The notes: generated by a model not told the origin, from the sequence alone. 32,000 bases of DNA from Candidatus Hadarchaeota archaeon (GCA_964514965.1 CAZETV010000002.1:213057-245056), one strand, 5' to 3'; positions 1 through 10,268 are shown, counted from the stretch's first letter. Made by a program: numbers and translations.

Positions 1-121
1 AAGAATGATGCCCACGGTGGTTTTGGGATATCAACCCCCAATAGATATAAGGGATTACCGGTCTGCTATCGAAACTATAGGCTCCGAAGACTCCACAGGA
101 TTCTCCTAGCGAATCAGACAT
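1..121 (-). CDS. purF: Class II glutamine amidotransferase, PurF (amidophosphoribosyltransferase)-like, N-terminal fragment running off the left edge
   Basis: Minus-strand translation from ATG at 121 gives MSDSLGESCGVFGAYSFDSRPVIPYIYWGLISQNHRGHHS..., with the nucleophile-Cys motif CGVFG and the NHRGH motif. It is absent from the ORF track because it is truncated. Confidence 0.75.
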   Translation of the reverse strand, partial: MSDSLGESCGVFGAYSFDSRPVIPYIYWGLISQNHRGHHS

Positions 122-151
122 GGCAACAAAGTTAGAGCCAGGCGACATTTG

Positions 152-1276
152 TCATCTCCTTTTATTTTTCAACATCTCAACGAAGCGGTCAAAAAGGTAC
201 TGATTATCCTGCGGTCCTGGGGAGCCTTCCGGATGATATTGCACGGAGAAAACAGGGAGTTCCTCGTGATCGATTCCTTCAACCGTGCCGTCGTTGCAGT
301 TGATTTTTGTAACTTTGAATCCAGTACCTTGTAGGCTTTCCGCGTCAATCGCAAAACCGTGGTTCTGCGCGGTTATGTGAACTTTCCCAGTTTGAAGGTC
401 CTTAACTGGCTGATTAGTCCCGCGATGTCCAAACTTGAGTTTAAAAGTCTTCGTTCCAGCAGCCAAAGCCAAAATTTGATTACCCAAACATATACCCATA
501 ATCGGATATTTTTCCATTAGTTGCCCAACGGTCTTGTGGAGGTGGGTCAAAACCGCTGGGTCACCCGGGCCATTTGATATCACGATGCCATCTGGCTCCA
601 ATGCCTCAATTTGGCTCACGTCCATCGTTGCGGGAACAGCGATTACTGAGAGTCCTCTTTTGACTAGACTTCTGAGGATACTTCTTTTAACTCCGCAGTC
701 GATGAGCACGATTTTTAACTTACCCCCATTGCCAAATCTGTTTATTTCCTTCCGAGTTGTTTCCCCAACCAAGTCCTGCTCTGAAATGTCTGGATGCTTC
801 CTAACCTTTTCAAGCAACTCTTCGACATGGGGCTCTTTACCTTCATAAGTAACCATGCCGCATTTCATCGTGCCATATTTTCTAACCTTGATCGTTAACG
901 CGCGAGTATCCACGCTCATGATGCCAGGAATCTTGAATTCCTCCAAGAACTCTTCGAGCTTTTTTGTTCCCTTCCAATGAGATGGCTCCTCGCAGAGTTC
1001 CCTGAGTACCAATCCCTTAACCCAAATTCTATCTGACTCGAACCAATCGGGATGCACTTTGTAGTTCCCAATCAACGGATAGGTAAACATCAGGATTTGC
1101 CCATTGTAAGAAGGGTCCGTCAAAGACTCAACGTAGCCTGTCATCGATGTGTTGAAAACGATTTCACCAAGCGCTTCCCTTTTAGCTCCTAATCCCGCTC
1201 CCCTGAATACTGTTCCATCTTCGAGCACTAGCATCGCTTTAATGTTCTCGCTCAGATTTGAGTGGTGGGATTTCAA
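152..1276 (-). CDS. carA: Carbamoyl-phosphate synthase small (glutaminase) subunit
   Basis: 374 aa ORF with CarA N-terminal domain (LVLEDGTVFRGAGLGA...GEIVFNTSMTGYVESLTDPSY) and class I GATase (GPGDP, PIMGICLGNQILALA, VQYHPEGSPGPQD). Confidence 0.97.
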   Translation of the reverse strand: MKSHHSNLSENIKAMLVLEDGTVFRGAGLGAKREALGEIVFNTSMTGYVESLTDPSYNGQILMFTYPLIGNYKVHPDWFESDRIWVKGLVLRELCEEPSHWKGTKKLEEFLEEFKIPGIMSVDTRALTIKVRKYGTMKCGMVTYEGKEPHVEELLEKVRKHPDISEQDLVGETTRKEINRFGNGGKLKIVLIDCGVKRSILRSLVKRGLSVIAVPATMDVSQIEALEPDGIVISNGPGDPAVLTHLHKTVGQLMEKYPIMGICLGNQILALAAGTKTFKLKFGHRGTNQPVKDLQTGKVHITAQNHGFAIDAESLQGTGFKVTKINCNDGTVEGIDHEELPVFSVQYHPEGSPGPQDNQYLFDRFVEMLKNKRR

Positions 1277-2259
1277 ATTTTTTTCAACTCCTTAACAGAG
1301 ATGAGGCAGTGCGGTGCAAATGTTTCGATCTTGGCTCCGCGTTCTTTCATGATGACAGCGGGTATCAACCCACCAACCATAGAAATTCCAACTCTGTCCA
1401 TGCTTACTGGAATACCCAGAATGGCTTCATTGGGCTTACCAAAGGCTAAGATTCCACCCCATCCTTTATCTTTTAGGTTTGAAATCACTCGTTGCGTAGC
1501 ATCCCCCGCAGTCATTGGAAGCTCTCTTAAACCAGCGGTTAACATCCCAGAACCGGTCTTGAGGACGCTATCTATTGAAGTCATGCCCCTGTAAACGAAC
1601 ACCTCCAGAGGCGGTATTGTTGTTCCATTGTAGGAAATCAGCTCCACGAAGCGGATGGGTTTGTATTTCAAAAATTGAACCAGACCTCCATAAGTAGGGA
1701 TTATCGGAATACCTGAGTGCATAAGGACGCCATCTATTGTAAGATTGCAAACGGTAAAAATAGCTATTTGCCCTTTTGGAACGGATATTTCGCCATGTTC
1801 TTCTCCTTCATCCAACACTTTGATGTAAGGAGCCAACAGGAGATCCTTTTCGTGGAGGGAATCCAAGACCTTGAGAACCCGATCGTGAAGGGCCTTGTCC
1901 ACGAAGGAAACATTAGCGACCACCTTTCCTTTATCACTCCTAGGTTCGTAAGTCACAGTATACGCTAAAGATAGGAAACGCGTGGTAACGAAGCCCACTC
2001 TTTCATAAGCTAACGCCCTGCCAAGCTCTTTTAGTCCCTCCTGAGTTATCGTTCTCCCACTCCGATCATGCCCATGAATGAGACCTCTAGCTTGTAATAA
2101 TTGAAGGTGATATCTTATCGCCCTCTCGCTGAGCAGAAAACCTCTTCTCCTCAGTTCTCGGCTAAGCATCGTAGAGCCTAAGGGTTTATCATGCCCGCTC
2201 AAAGCCTTTAAAATCTCAATCTCCTTCCTGTTGCTCTCGTTCTGCCCAGAATCAAGCAT
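1273..2259 (-). CDS. nrpR: NrpR-like nitrogen regulator (winged helix plus one NrpR/DUF128 domain), copy 1
   Basis: N-terminal HTH (LSRELRRRGFLLSERAIRYHLQLLQARGLI) followed by NrpR-type domain. Overlaps carA start by 4 nt. Paralogous to 13940..14941. Confidence 0.85.
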   Translation of the reverse strand: MLDSGQNESNRKEIEILKALSGHDKPLGSTMLSRELRRRGFLLSERAIRYHLQLLQARGLIHGHDRSGRTITQEGLKELGRALAYERVGFVTTRFLSLAYTVTYEPRSDKGKVVANVSFVDKALHDRVLKVLDSLHEKDLLLAPYIKVLDEGEEHGEISVPKGQIAIFTVCNLTIDGVLMHSGIPIIPTYGGLVQFLKYKPIRFVELISYNGTTIPPLEVFVYRGMTSIDSVLKTGSGMLTAGLRELPMTAGDATQRVISNLKDKGWGGILAFGKPNEAILGIPVSMDRVGISMVGGLIPAVIMKERGAKIETFAPHCLISVKELKKI

Positions 2260-2294
2260 GCCCTACCCGAAAATCACTACAACCTCTACCCTTA

Positions 2295-2316
2295 AATAGG
2301 TAAACGGCTACCTATT
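2295..2316. promoter_or_regulatory. Perfect inverted repeat AATAGGTA-AACGGC-TACCTATT in the divergent nrpR1/glnA promoter region; candidate NrpR operator
   Basis: 8-bp arms with 6-nt spacer read directly; overlaps an AT-rich TATA-like stretch (cTTAAATAgg). Known methanogen NrpR operators are GGAA-N6-TTCC (same spacing). Confidence 0.7.
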
Positions 2317-2330
2317 ACCGAGGATAGACC

Positions 2331-3659
2331 ATGGTAAGCCACACTAAAGAAGATGTCTTAAAGGTTGTAACTGAGAATGATGTCAGGTTCATAAGGCTTT
2401 GGTTTACCGATATCTTGGGGCAACTGAAGAGTTTTTCCATTACATCAGGGGAATTAGAGACAGCTTTTACCGAAGGGATGGGATTTGATGGTTCGTCCAT
2501 AAAAGGTTTTGCACGAATCGATGAGAGCGATATGATCGCCAAACCGGACCCCACAACCTTTACTATTCTTCCTTGGAGACCAAAAGAAAAAGCTGTTGCG
2601 AGGATGTTTTGTGACATTCTGGAACCGGACGGGAGACCCCACGAAGGTGACCCTCGCTATATATTGAAGCGAAATTTGGAGCGATTGAAGGAAAAAAATT
2701 ATACTTTTTACGTCGGGCCTGAAGTAGAGTATTTTTACTTTAAAGATGCAGAGCATCCAGACGTTTTAGACAAGGGCGGGTACTTTGACCTCACTACCTT
2801 AGATGCAGCGAGCGACTTACGAAGAGACACGATTTTGACATTGGAAGCAATGGGAGTAAAGGCTGAATATAGCCATCACGAAGTCGCGCCTTCTCAACAT
2901 GAGATAGACCTGTACTATATGGACGCACTTACCATGGCCGATAACGTAATGACTTACAAGGTAGTGGTGAAGGAGATTGCACACAAATACGGCTACTATG
3001 CTACCTTCATGCCCAAGCCGATCTTCGGGGAAAATGGAAGTGGGATGCATACTCACCAATCTTTGTTCAAAGGAGACAAAAACGTCTTCTTTGATGCAAG
3101 TGATGAATATCACCTATCCCCAATTGCTAAAGGATACATCGCTGGATTGCTAAAACATGCCCCGGAAATCACCGCCATTACTAACCAATGGGTCAATTCT
3201 TACAAGAGGCTGGTCCCCGGCTATGAGGCGCCAGTTTATCTAAGTTGGGCTCGTCGGAATAGGTCCACGTTAGTAAGAGTGCCCATGTACAAACCAGGGA
3301 AGGAGAAGGCCACACGAATTGAATTCCGTAGTCCAGATCCAGCTTGCAATCCTTATTTGGCATTTGCTGTTATGCTAGCAGCTGGACTCGAGGGAATTGA
3401 GAAAGGATATTCGCTTCCGGGTCCAATCGAAAAAGATGTTTACCACCTCAGCGAAAAAGAAAGAAAAAAACTGGGCGTAGAAACACTTCCGGGAAGCTTG
3501 GTTGAGGCTATAGAATTAGCGGAAAAAAGCGAGCTGATGCACAAGACCTTAGGGGCCCATATTTTCAACAATTTTATCGAGAGCAAAAAGGTTGAGTGGG
3601 ACAATTATAGAAAACAAATCCACCCTTGGGAAGTGAAAGAGTACCTCCCTATCCTGTAG
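2331..3659 (+). CDS. glnA: Glutamine synthetase (type I)
   Basis: 442 aa with GS signatures: MGFDGSSIKGFARIDESDM, VGPEVEYF, NGSGMHTHQS, RNRSTLVRVP, ATRIEFRSPDPACNPYLAFAVMLAAGL. Confidence 0.98.
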   Translation: MVSHTKEDVLKVVTENDVRFIRLWFTDILGQLKSFSITSGELETAFTEGMGFDGSSIKGFARIDESDMIAKPDPTTFTILPWRPKEKAVARMFCDILEPDGRPHEGDPRYILKRNLERLKEKNYTFYVGPEVEYFYFKDAEHPDVLDKGGYFDLTTLDAASDLRRDTILTLEAMGVKAEYSHHEVAPSQHEIDLYYMDALTMADNVMTYKVVVKEIAHKYGYYATFMPKPIFGENGSGMHTHQSLFKGDKNVFFDASDEYHLSPIAKGYIAGLLKHAPEITAITNQWVNSYKRLVPGYEAPVYLSWARRNRSTLVRVPMYKPGKEKATRIEFRSPDPACNPYLAFAVMLAAGLEGIEKGYSLPGPIEKDVYHLSEKERKKLGVETLPGSLVEAIELAEKSELMHKTLGAHIFNNFIESKKVEWDNYRKQIHPWEVKEYLPIL

Positions 3660-3706
3660 GAATCTGGGGTTTGAAAAGATGAAATCCTCGGGAAAAAGGT
3701 GGAAAA

Positions 3707-4789
3707 ATGAATCGCTATCTGGAAAAAGAAAGAAGTGGCTGTTCCCTTGTGGGGATAATGAACGAACAGGGAAAGAGATTTAGCGGCAAATTAGTGATAA
3801 AATCTATCGCCGTGATGCGCGAACGGGCAAATGGTTTGGGCGCGGGGTTCGCCGGTTATGGTATATACCCCAAATACAGCGATTTTTACGCCTTCCATTT
3901 GCTGTATGATAACGATAAAGCCAAAGATTTAACTGAGGAATACTTAGAAAAAAATTATCTAATCCAGAAAGACGAAGCCATTCCGTCTAGGGAAGTAGAG
4001 GCAATAAAAAATTCACCCTGTATCTGGCGATATTTTCTAAAGATAAAAGAAGAGAGAAAAGAAGAACGTTGCGACCTTGCTGAAGAAGATTTCATTGTCA
4101 AAACAGTGATGGACATAAACACCGGCATTGACGGGGCATTTGTATTCTCAAGTGGGAAAAACATGGGCATCTTTAAAGGCGTAGGTTTTCCTGAAGACAT
4201 CGGCGCCTTTTACAGGTTGGAGGATTATAAAGGCTACAACTGGATTGCCCACGGGAGATTTCCAACAAACACGGGCGCATGGTGGGGGGGAGCTCATCCT
4301 TTAGGGCTTTTAGATTGGTCTGTGGTCCATAACGGAGAGATTTCATCTTACGGGACAAACAGAAGGTTTTTGCTCAACTACGGATATCACTGTGCCCTTT
4401 TTACTGACACAGAGGTAATGACATACCTCTTCGACCTGCTGGCGAGAAAACACAAACTAGATTTTGGGGTGATATCAAAAATTCTCGCCGCCCCATTTTG
4501 GGATGAGATAGATAGAGCCCAGAACGGCGAATCTACGTTGGTTAAGGCCCTGCGCATGACTTATAGCAGCGCTCTGGTTAACGGCCCGTTCTCGGTTATA
4601 GTGGGGCGCAACAGGGAATTGGTGGGCCTAAACGATCGCATCAAGTTAAGGCCGTTAGTAGCTGGAAGAAAAGATGATATGCTCTATATGTCTAGCGAAG
4701 AGTCCGGCATTAGGGAAGTATGTCCTTCGCCTGACAGAGTCTGGGCGCCGAAAGCGGGAGAGCCGGTAATCGGACGGTTGAGGGGGTAA
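3707..4789 (+). CDS. Stand-alone class II glutamine amidotransferase module of archaeal-type split glutamate synthase
   Basis: CSLVGI nucleophile near the N-terminus, [37 protein letters not shown], followed by ferredoxin/FMN synthase gene. Confidence 0.88.
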   Translation: MNRYLEKERSGCSLVGIMNEQGKRFSGKLVIKSIAVMRERANGLGAGFAGYGIYPKYSDFYAFHLLYDNDKAKDLTEEYLEKNYLIQKDEAIPSREVEAIKNSPCIWRYFLKIKEERKEERCDLAEEDFIVKTVMDINTGIDGAFVFSSGKNMGIFKGVGFPEDIGAFYRLEDYKGYNWIAHGRFPTNTGAWWGGAHPLGLLDWSVVHNGEISSYGTNRRFLLNYGYHCALFTDTEVMTYLFDLLARKHKLDFGVISKILAAPFWDEIDRAQNGESTLVKALRMTYSSALVNGPFSVIVGRNRELVGLNDRIKLRPLVAGRKDDMLYMSSEESGIREVCPSPDRVWAPKAGEPVIGRLRG

Positions 4790-4791
4790 AA

Positions 4792-6312
4792 ATGCCTATC
4801 ACTTTCATTCCACCCGAATTCATTATCGAAAGAGACGATGAAAAATGTATCACTTGCCAAGTTTGTTGTAGGCAGTGTGCAAACGATGCTCATACCTACG
4901 ATGCTGAAGACGACAAAGTTTACACCGATAATTCTAAATGTGTGGGATGCCATCGCTGCGTGACACTTTGCCCAACCGGTGCACTAAATGTCATACGCAA
5001 TCCTCTGCACTTTAAAGATAATCCCAACTGGACGCCTCGTGCGATAAAAGACATCTATAAGCAGGCCGAGTCTGGCGGGGTGCTGTTGACTGGGATGGGC
5101 TGTGACCGACCCTACTTTGATTACTTTAGCCATATTGTACTCAACGCGTCACAAGTGACTAACCCATCAATCGACCCCCTCCGGGAGCCGATGGAACTAC
5201 GTACCTACATCGGGAAAAAACCAGACAAAGTCGAAATAGAGGGTACTAGCGAGAGGGCCCGACTAAAGACCAAGATACTCCCGCAGCTGGAGTTGAGTAC
5301 TCCAATCCTCTTCTCGGCGATGTCGTTCGGCTCGATAAGTTACAATGCTCATTTGTCTTTGGCTAAGGCAGCCCAAGAGTTCGGGATTTTTTATAACACT
5401 GGAGAGGGCGGATTACACCCGGACCTGTACAAATACGGTAAACACACGATAGTCCAAGTCGCCTCGGGTCGGTTCGGTGTACATCGGGACTACTTGGAGG
5501 TAGCTGCCGCGATAGAGATAAAAATCGGCCAGGGTGCAAAACCGGGAATAGGCGGACATCTCCCGGGAGAGAAAGTAAGCGAACAAATAAGTCGAACCAG
5601 GATGATTCCAGAAGGAACGGATGCCCTTTCCCCAGCCCCGCATCACGACATTTATTCGATAGAGGACCTGCGACAACTCATTTATGCGTTAAAAGAGGCA
5701 ACGAGCTACACGAAACCAGTGGGGGTAAAGATTGCCGCCGTGCATAACGTGGCCCCCATCGCGAGCGGCATAGTTCGTGCGGGTGCTGATTTTGTAGCCA
5801 TTGACGGGATTCGTGGTGGCACTGGTGCCGCCCCTACAGTAATCCGAGACAACGTGGGGATACCGATAGAACTCGCTGCTGCTGTAGTTGACAGCCGTCT
5901 TAGGGAGGAGGGGATTAGACATCGAGCTTCGCTTATAGTTGGTGGCGGTATAAGATCCAGCGCGGATGTCGTAAAGGCTATTGCGTTAGGCGCAGATGCT
6001 GTCTATATCGGGACCGCCTCATTGGTAGCAATGGGTTGCCGCGTTTGCCAAAAATGTTATACTGGAAAATGCAACTGGGGTATCGCTACTCAAGACCCCT
6101 ATTTGACCAAAAGATTGAATCCTGAGATTGGCGCCCGAAGATTGCTAAACTTACTCCGTGCGTGGTCATTGGAAATCAAGGATATGCTCGGCGGCATGGG
6201 CATCAACGCAATTGAAAGCCTGCGGGGGAATAGAGATCAATTAAGAGGCGTTGGACTTACGGATGTGGATTTGAAAATGCTGGGGATAAAGCCAGCTGGA
6301 GAGGCGTGGTAA
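4792..6312 (+). CDS. gltB: Glutamate synthase, FMN-binding synthase domain with N-terminal 4Fe-4S ferredoxin domain
   Basis: CITCQVCCRQCANDAH, CVGCHRCVTLCPTGAL, then ILFSAMSFGSISYNAH, NTGEGGLHPD, GQGAKPGIGGHLPGEKV, GGIRSSADVVKAIALGADAVYIGTA. Confidence 0.95.
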   Translation: MPITFIPPEFIIERDDEKCITCQVCCRQCANDAHTYDAEDDKVYTDNSKCVGCHRCVTLCPTGALNVIRNPLHFKDNPNWTPRAIKDIYKQAESGGVLLTGMGCDRPYFDYFSHIVLNASQVTNPSIDPLREPMELRTYIGKKPDKVEIEGTSERARLKTKILPQLELSTPILFSAMSFGSISYNAHLSLAKAAQEFGIFYNTGEGGLHPDLYKYGKHTIVQVASGRFGVHRDYLEVAAAIEIKIGQGAKPGIGGHLPGEKVSEQISRTRMIPEGTDALSPAPHHDIYSIEDLRQLIYALKEATSYTKPVGVKIAAVHNVAPIASGIVRAGADFVAIDGIRGGTGAAPTVIRDNVGIPIELAAAVVDSRLREEGIRHRASLIVGGGIRSSADVVKAIALGADAVYIGTASLVAMGCRVCQKCYTGKCNWGIATQDPYLTKRLNPEIGARRLLNLLRAWSLEIKDMLGGMGINAIESLRGNRDQLRGVGLTDVDLKMLGIKPAGEAW

Positions 6313-6324
6313 GCGGGGATAGAA

Positions 6325-6759
6325 ATGAAACGGATCTACATAAAAGAAGATGTTTGCATTGGATGCCGGCTTTGTGAGATTTATTGTCTGGTTCAACATT
6401 CGAAGTCAAAAAAGATAATCAAAGCCTACAAAGGGGAGTATCCCAAAGCCATCCCTAGGATTTTGGTGGAAGAGAAAGGGCACGTGTCCTTTGCCCTTCA
6501 ATGCCGTCACTGTGAGGATGCCCCATGCATTGACGCTTGCATAACAGGAGCAATGTACCGGGATAAAAAGACGGGAGCCATCCTCTGTGACGAAAAGAAG
6601 TGCGTCGGCTGTTGGATGTGCATCATGGTATGCCCGTTCGGGGTTATAATGAGGGATGTGGAAGGCAAGAAAGTCGCCTCCAAATGCGACTTGTGTTGCG
6701 GGGAGGAAATCCCTGTTTGCGTGGCGAATTGTCCTAATGAAGCGCTGGAATTCAGGTGA
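6325..6759 (+). CDS. 4Fe-4S ferredoxin-type electron-transfer protein (HycB-like), probable glutamate synthase partner
   Basis: Multiple Cys clusters: CIGCRLCEIYC, CRHCEDAPCIDAC, CVGCWMCIMVCPFGVI, CDLCCGEEIPVCVANCP. Confidence 0.9.
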   Translation: MKRIYIKEDVCIGCRLCEIYCLVQHSKSKKIIKAYKGEYPKAIPRILVEEKGHVSFALQCRHCEDAPCIDACITGAMYRDKKTGAILCDEKKCVGCWMCIMVCPFGVIMRDVEGKKVASKCDLCCGEEIPVCVANCPNEALEFR

Positions 6760-6764
6760 AATGA

Positions 6765-8042
6765 ATGACCCACTACGTGATTATCGGAAACTCGGTAGCC
6801 TCCATAGCTGCGGTTGAGGCGATTCGCAATCAGGACAAAGATGGTGCAATAACCATCATCTCCGATGAACCTCACCACGCTTACTCGCGGCCGCTTATTT
6901 CGTACCTACTCGCTGGCAAGGTTTCAGAAGAATCGATGTTATATCGAGATAGAAACTTTTACAAAAAGAATAAGGTCGAGGTTCTCTTGGGCAAGAAAGC
7001 CATCGCCTTAAACCCGAAGAAGAAGTTGATTACTCTCGCTGACAAAAAGAAAATCCATTTCGACAAGCTATTGATTGCAACCGGGGGAACTCCGATTCTC
7101 CCAAAAGTTAAAGGCAAAAATCTAGACGGTGTCTTCACTTTCACCAAATGGGACGATGCCAAGAAGATTAAGGAGTACATCAACAAAAACAAGGTAAAAA
7201 AAGTAATCGTAGTAGGAGGCGGGCTAATAGGACTAAAAACTGTCGAAGGCTTGATTGGGCTTAAAGTAAAGGTGAGTATTGTCGAACTTGCCGACAGGAT
7301 ATTAAGTGCCACTTTCGATAAGAAAGCTTCCAATCTCATAAAGACTTGTTTGAATAAAATGGGTTGTAACGTAATCACCAAAAATACCGTGACTAAAATC
7401 AGGGGCAAAAAGAAAGTAACCAGCGTGATTTTAAAGGATGGATTGAAACTCGATTGCGGCATGGTCATCTTCGCTATCGGCGTTGCTCCAAACGTAGAGA
7501 TCGCCAAAGGTACAGATATCGAAATAAATAAGGGTATCCTTGTCGACAACCACATGCAAACTAATATCCCGGACATCTACGCAGCAGGCGATGTTGTTGA
7601 AGGGCTTGATTTTATTACAGGATTAACTCGCCCTATAGCCATTTGGCCAAACGCTTACAAACAAGGCAACATTGCTGGATCCAACATGGCCGGGGTGCCT
7701 AAAGAATACACGGGTAGTTTTGTTATGAACTCGGTTGAACTTTGCAACATACCAACCATTTCGGTGGGATTAACCGACCCCAAAGAGGACGGATACGAGG
7801 TGCTCGATTATTACGACGAGGAAAATTTAGTATACAGGAAAGTTGTGCTGAAAGGAAACCGGATAGTCGGCGCCATATTTATCAAGAATATCGATAGAGC
7901 GGGAATTTATACAGGTCTCATCATAGAAAAGGTAGATGTTTCGAGCTTTAGAAATCACCTTCTAGAAGAAGATTTTGGTCTGCTATCTCTACCCAAAGAG
8001 TACAGGAAACACTTAGTTTATGGACCGGGGGTTGAGGTATGA
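6765..8042 (+). CDS. FAD-dependent NAD(P)H-type pyridine nucleotide-disulphide oxidoreductase (NAD(P)H/ferredoxin-reductase-like subunit)
   Basis: NSVASIAAVEAIR Rossmann-like start, KVIVVGGGLIGLKTVEGL, TNIPDIYAAGDVVEG; adjacent/overlapping cluster genes. Confidence 0.9.
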   Translation: MTHYVIIGNSVASIAAVEAIRNQDKDGAITIISDEPHHAYSRPLISYLLAGKVSEESMLYRDRNFYKKNKVEVLLGKKAIALNPKKKLITLADKKKIHFDKLLIATGGTPILPKVKGKNLDGVFTFTKWDDAKKIKEYINKNKVKKVIVVGGGLIGLKTVEGLIGLKVKVSIVELADRILSATFDKKASNLIKTCLNKMGCNVITKNTVTKIRGKKKVTSVILKDGLKLDCGMVIFAIGVAPNVEIAKGTDIEINKGILVDNHMQTNIPDIYAAGDVVEGLDFITGLTRPIAIWPNAYKQGNIAGSNMAGVPKEYTGSFVMNSVELCNIPTISVGLTDPKEDGYEVLDYYDEENLVYRKVVLKGNRIVGAIFIKNIDRAGIYTGLIIEKVDVSSFRNHLLEEDFGLLSLPKEYRKHLVYGPGVEV

Positions 8043-8770
8043 GGATAGATGCGAAGGGGGTTTATTATAAGGATTTAAATGAGCAAATCCGCCAAGCCGT
8101 CGCTAAAGGGGAAAAGGAAATCATTCTAGACAACATTAACGGACAAAGGTATATCGGTGCTGGGCTAAAGGGTGATATAGATATCAAAATTTTTGGGGTT
8201 CCGGGAAACGATCTCGCCGCTTTCATGGACGGCCCAACTATAACAGTGTTTGCAAATGGACAAGATGGGGTGGGAAATACGATGAATTCTGGTAAAATCG
8301 TGATTCGCGGAGATGCCGGAGATATATTGGGGTATTCCATGCGCGGGGGGAAGATCTTTGTCAAAGGTGATGTTGGTTACCGCGTGGGCATACACATGAA
8401 GTCTTACAAAGAGGCATATCCTGTTGTGATTGTTGGGGGGCGTGCACAAGATTTCCTTGGAGAGTATATGGCAGGGGGATTACTAGTCGTTTTAGGACTA
8501 GAGAAAGGGGAATCACGGATGACTGGGAACTATGTGGGGACAGGTATGCATGGCGGGGTGATGTACATCCGGGGGAAATTGGAGGATTACCAACTTGGGA
8601 AAGAAGTGGAGATACTCAAACCCAATGAACAAGACATTAAAATGTTAGATTGTTATTTAGAAGAATACTGTCACGATTTTAATTTAGATTTAAATGAGAT
8701 TTCAAACGAAGAGTTCGTGAAATTAGTACCTCACTCCTACCGCCCCTATGGGAGGATATACGCTTATTGA
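8039..8770 (+). CDS. Glutamate synthase GXGXG beta-helix module (stand-alone)
   Basis: GQRYIGAGLKGDIDIKIFGVPGND...GNTMNSGKIVIRGDAGDILGYSMRGGKIFVKGDVGYRVGIHMK; 4-nt overlap with upstream gene. Confidence 0.92.
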   Translation: MRIDAKGVYYKDLNEQIRQAVAKGEKEIILDNINGQRYIGAGLKGDIDIKIFGVPGNDLAAFMDGPTITVFANGQDGVGNTMNSGKIVIRGDAGDILGYSMRGGKIFVKGDVGYRVGIHMKSYKEAYPVVIVGGRAQDFLGEYMAGGLLVVLGLEKGESRMTGNYVGTGMHGGVMYIRGKLEDYQLGKEVEILKPNEQDIKMLDCYLEEYCHDFNLDLNEISNEEFVKLVPHSYRPYGRIYAY

Positions 8771-8798
8771 ATATCTGGTGTTTTCGTTGAAATCTATT

Positions 8799-10268
8799 AT
8801 GAAAATCAAGGATTTCAAAAAGCTAGCAGACCAATTAGATAGACCGTGCATAATACCTCTTATTCACACGGTCGAAGGGTGCGGCGATCCAGCTAAAATT
8901 TATAATAACCTAAGACGCATACACAACCCATCTTACCTCCTCGAGTCTGCAGAAGGACCTGGTGGGTCAGCTCGCTATTCTATTATAGGCTGTAACCCAC
9001 TGCTTCACATCTCCGTGCGCAATGGTACACTCAAGGCTTCAGGTAGAGCAGATGTAGTTAACCTTTCTCAAAAATATGCACGAAAAGTCGCCAAAGCTGA
9101 TGCCTTGGACAAGATGAAGGAAGCAATGTTTTTAAAAATTATGGGGCAAGCAACTGAAAGTGTGCCACGCTTTGTGCTCGGGGTGGTTGGATATGTGGGT
9201 TATGATTTAGTGAGATCTATGACCAACATTGGAGCACACGCTCTCGATGACCGTAACCACCCAGATGTTGAGTTCATGCTTGCAGAAGGGTCCATCACTT
9301 TTGACCATCTTAAGCATCAAACTCACTATTGTTCTCTGACTCTATTTACCGAGGAAATCGATGTAGACAGCTACTATGAAAAAGCATTGTCGAACATCAA
9401 AAAACTCAAGGCCATAAAACCAATATCGGCCGAGCCCCAACGGCAAAAAATCGTGACGCGGTCAAATATCTCGAAATCAAAATTTGAGCATGATGTCAAG
9501 GTGGCAAAGCGATACATCCGGGCAGGAGACATAATCCAAGTCGTGCTTTCGAGACGTATCGAGCTGAAGCCCGCGCCCCCGCTCGACCAGTTTTACATGA
9601 ATCTCCGAAAAATCAATCCTTCCCCTTACATGTTTTTCCTTGATTTTCCGAATCGTTCTCTGATTGGATCAAGCCCGGAAATCTTGGTGAAAGTCGATGG
9701 CAAAAAAGTATTAACTAGGCCCATCGCCGGCACACGACGTCGGGGCAATAACAAAATCGAGGATATCTCTCTCGAGCGTGACCTCCTCGGAGACGAGAAG
9801 GAGCGAGCCGAACACATCATGCTTGTCGATTTAGGAAGGAACGACATCGGCCGCATCTCAGAGTATGGCGCCGTTAAGGTAACTGATTTCATGGAGGTCG
9901 AAAAGTACAGTCATGTCCAGCACATAGTTTCGAATGTTGTTGGGCGAATGAGACCAGAGAAAGACGCTTTTGATGCATTACGTGCGACTTTCCCTGCCGG
10001 CACGGTGACGGGAGCGCCGAAAGTTAGGGCAATGGAGATAATTGATGAACTCGAACCCACGCGACGAGGCATCTATGCTGGAGCAGTCGGATCCTTCAGC
10101 TATAGCGGTCATGCTGACCTCGCGATAACCATCAGGACCATGGTGGCAGAGCGAGGCAGAGGTTATATCCAAGTAGGCGCTGGCATCGTTGCAGATTCTA
10201 TACCGTGGAAAGAACACTACGAAACTGAAAACAAAGCACAGGCGCTTTTGCGTGCGGCGGGTGTTTAA
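8799..10268 (+). CDS. trpE: Anthranilate synthase component I
   Basis: ORF track 8748..10268; likely start MKIKDFKKLADQL at 8799. Chorismate-binding motifs: GRNDIGRIS, ATFPAGTVTGAPKVRAMEII, GAGIVADS. Confidence 0.96.
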   Translation: MKIKDFKKLADQLDRPCIIPLIHTVEGCGDPAKIYNNLRRIHNPSYLLESAEGPGGSARYSIIGCNPLLHISVRNGTLKASGRADVVNLSQKYARKVAKADALDKMKEAMFLKIMGQATESVPRFVLGVVGYVGYDLVRSMTNIGAHALDDRNHPDVEFMLAEGSITFDHLKHQTHYCSLTLFTEEIDVDSYYEKALSNIKKLKAIKPISAEPQRQKIVTRSNISKSKFEHDVKVAKRYIRAGDIIQVVLSRRIELKPAPPLDQFYMNLRKINPSPYMFFLDFPNRSLIGSSPEILVKVDGKKVLTRPIAGTRRRGNNKIEDISLERDLLGDEKERAEHIMLVDLGRNDIGRISEYGAVKVTDFMEVEKYSHVQHIVSNVVGRMRPEKDAFDALRATFPAGTVTGAPKVRAMEIIDELEPTRRGIYAGAVGSFSYSGHADLAITIRTMVAERGRGYIQVGAGIVADSIPWKEHYETENKAQALLRAAGV

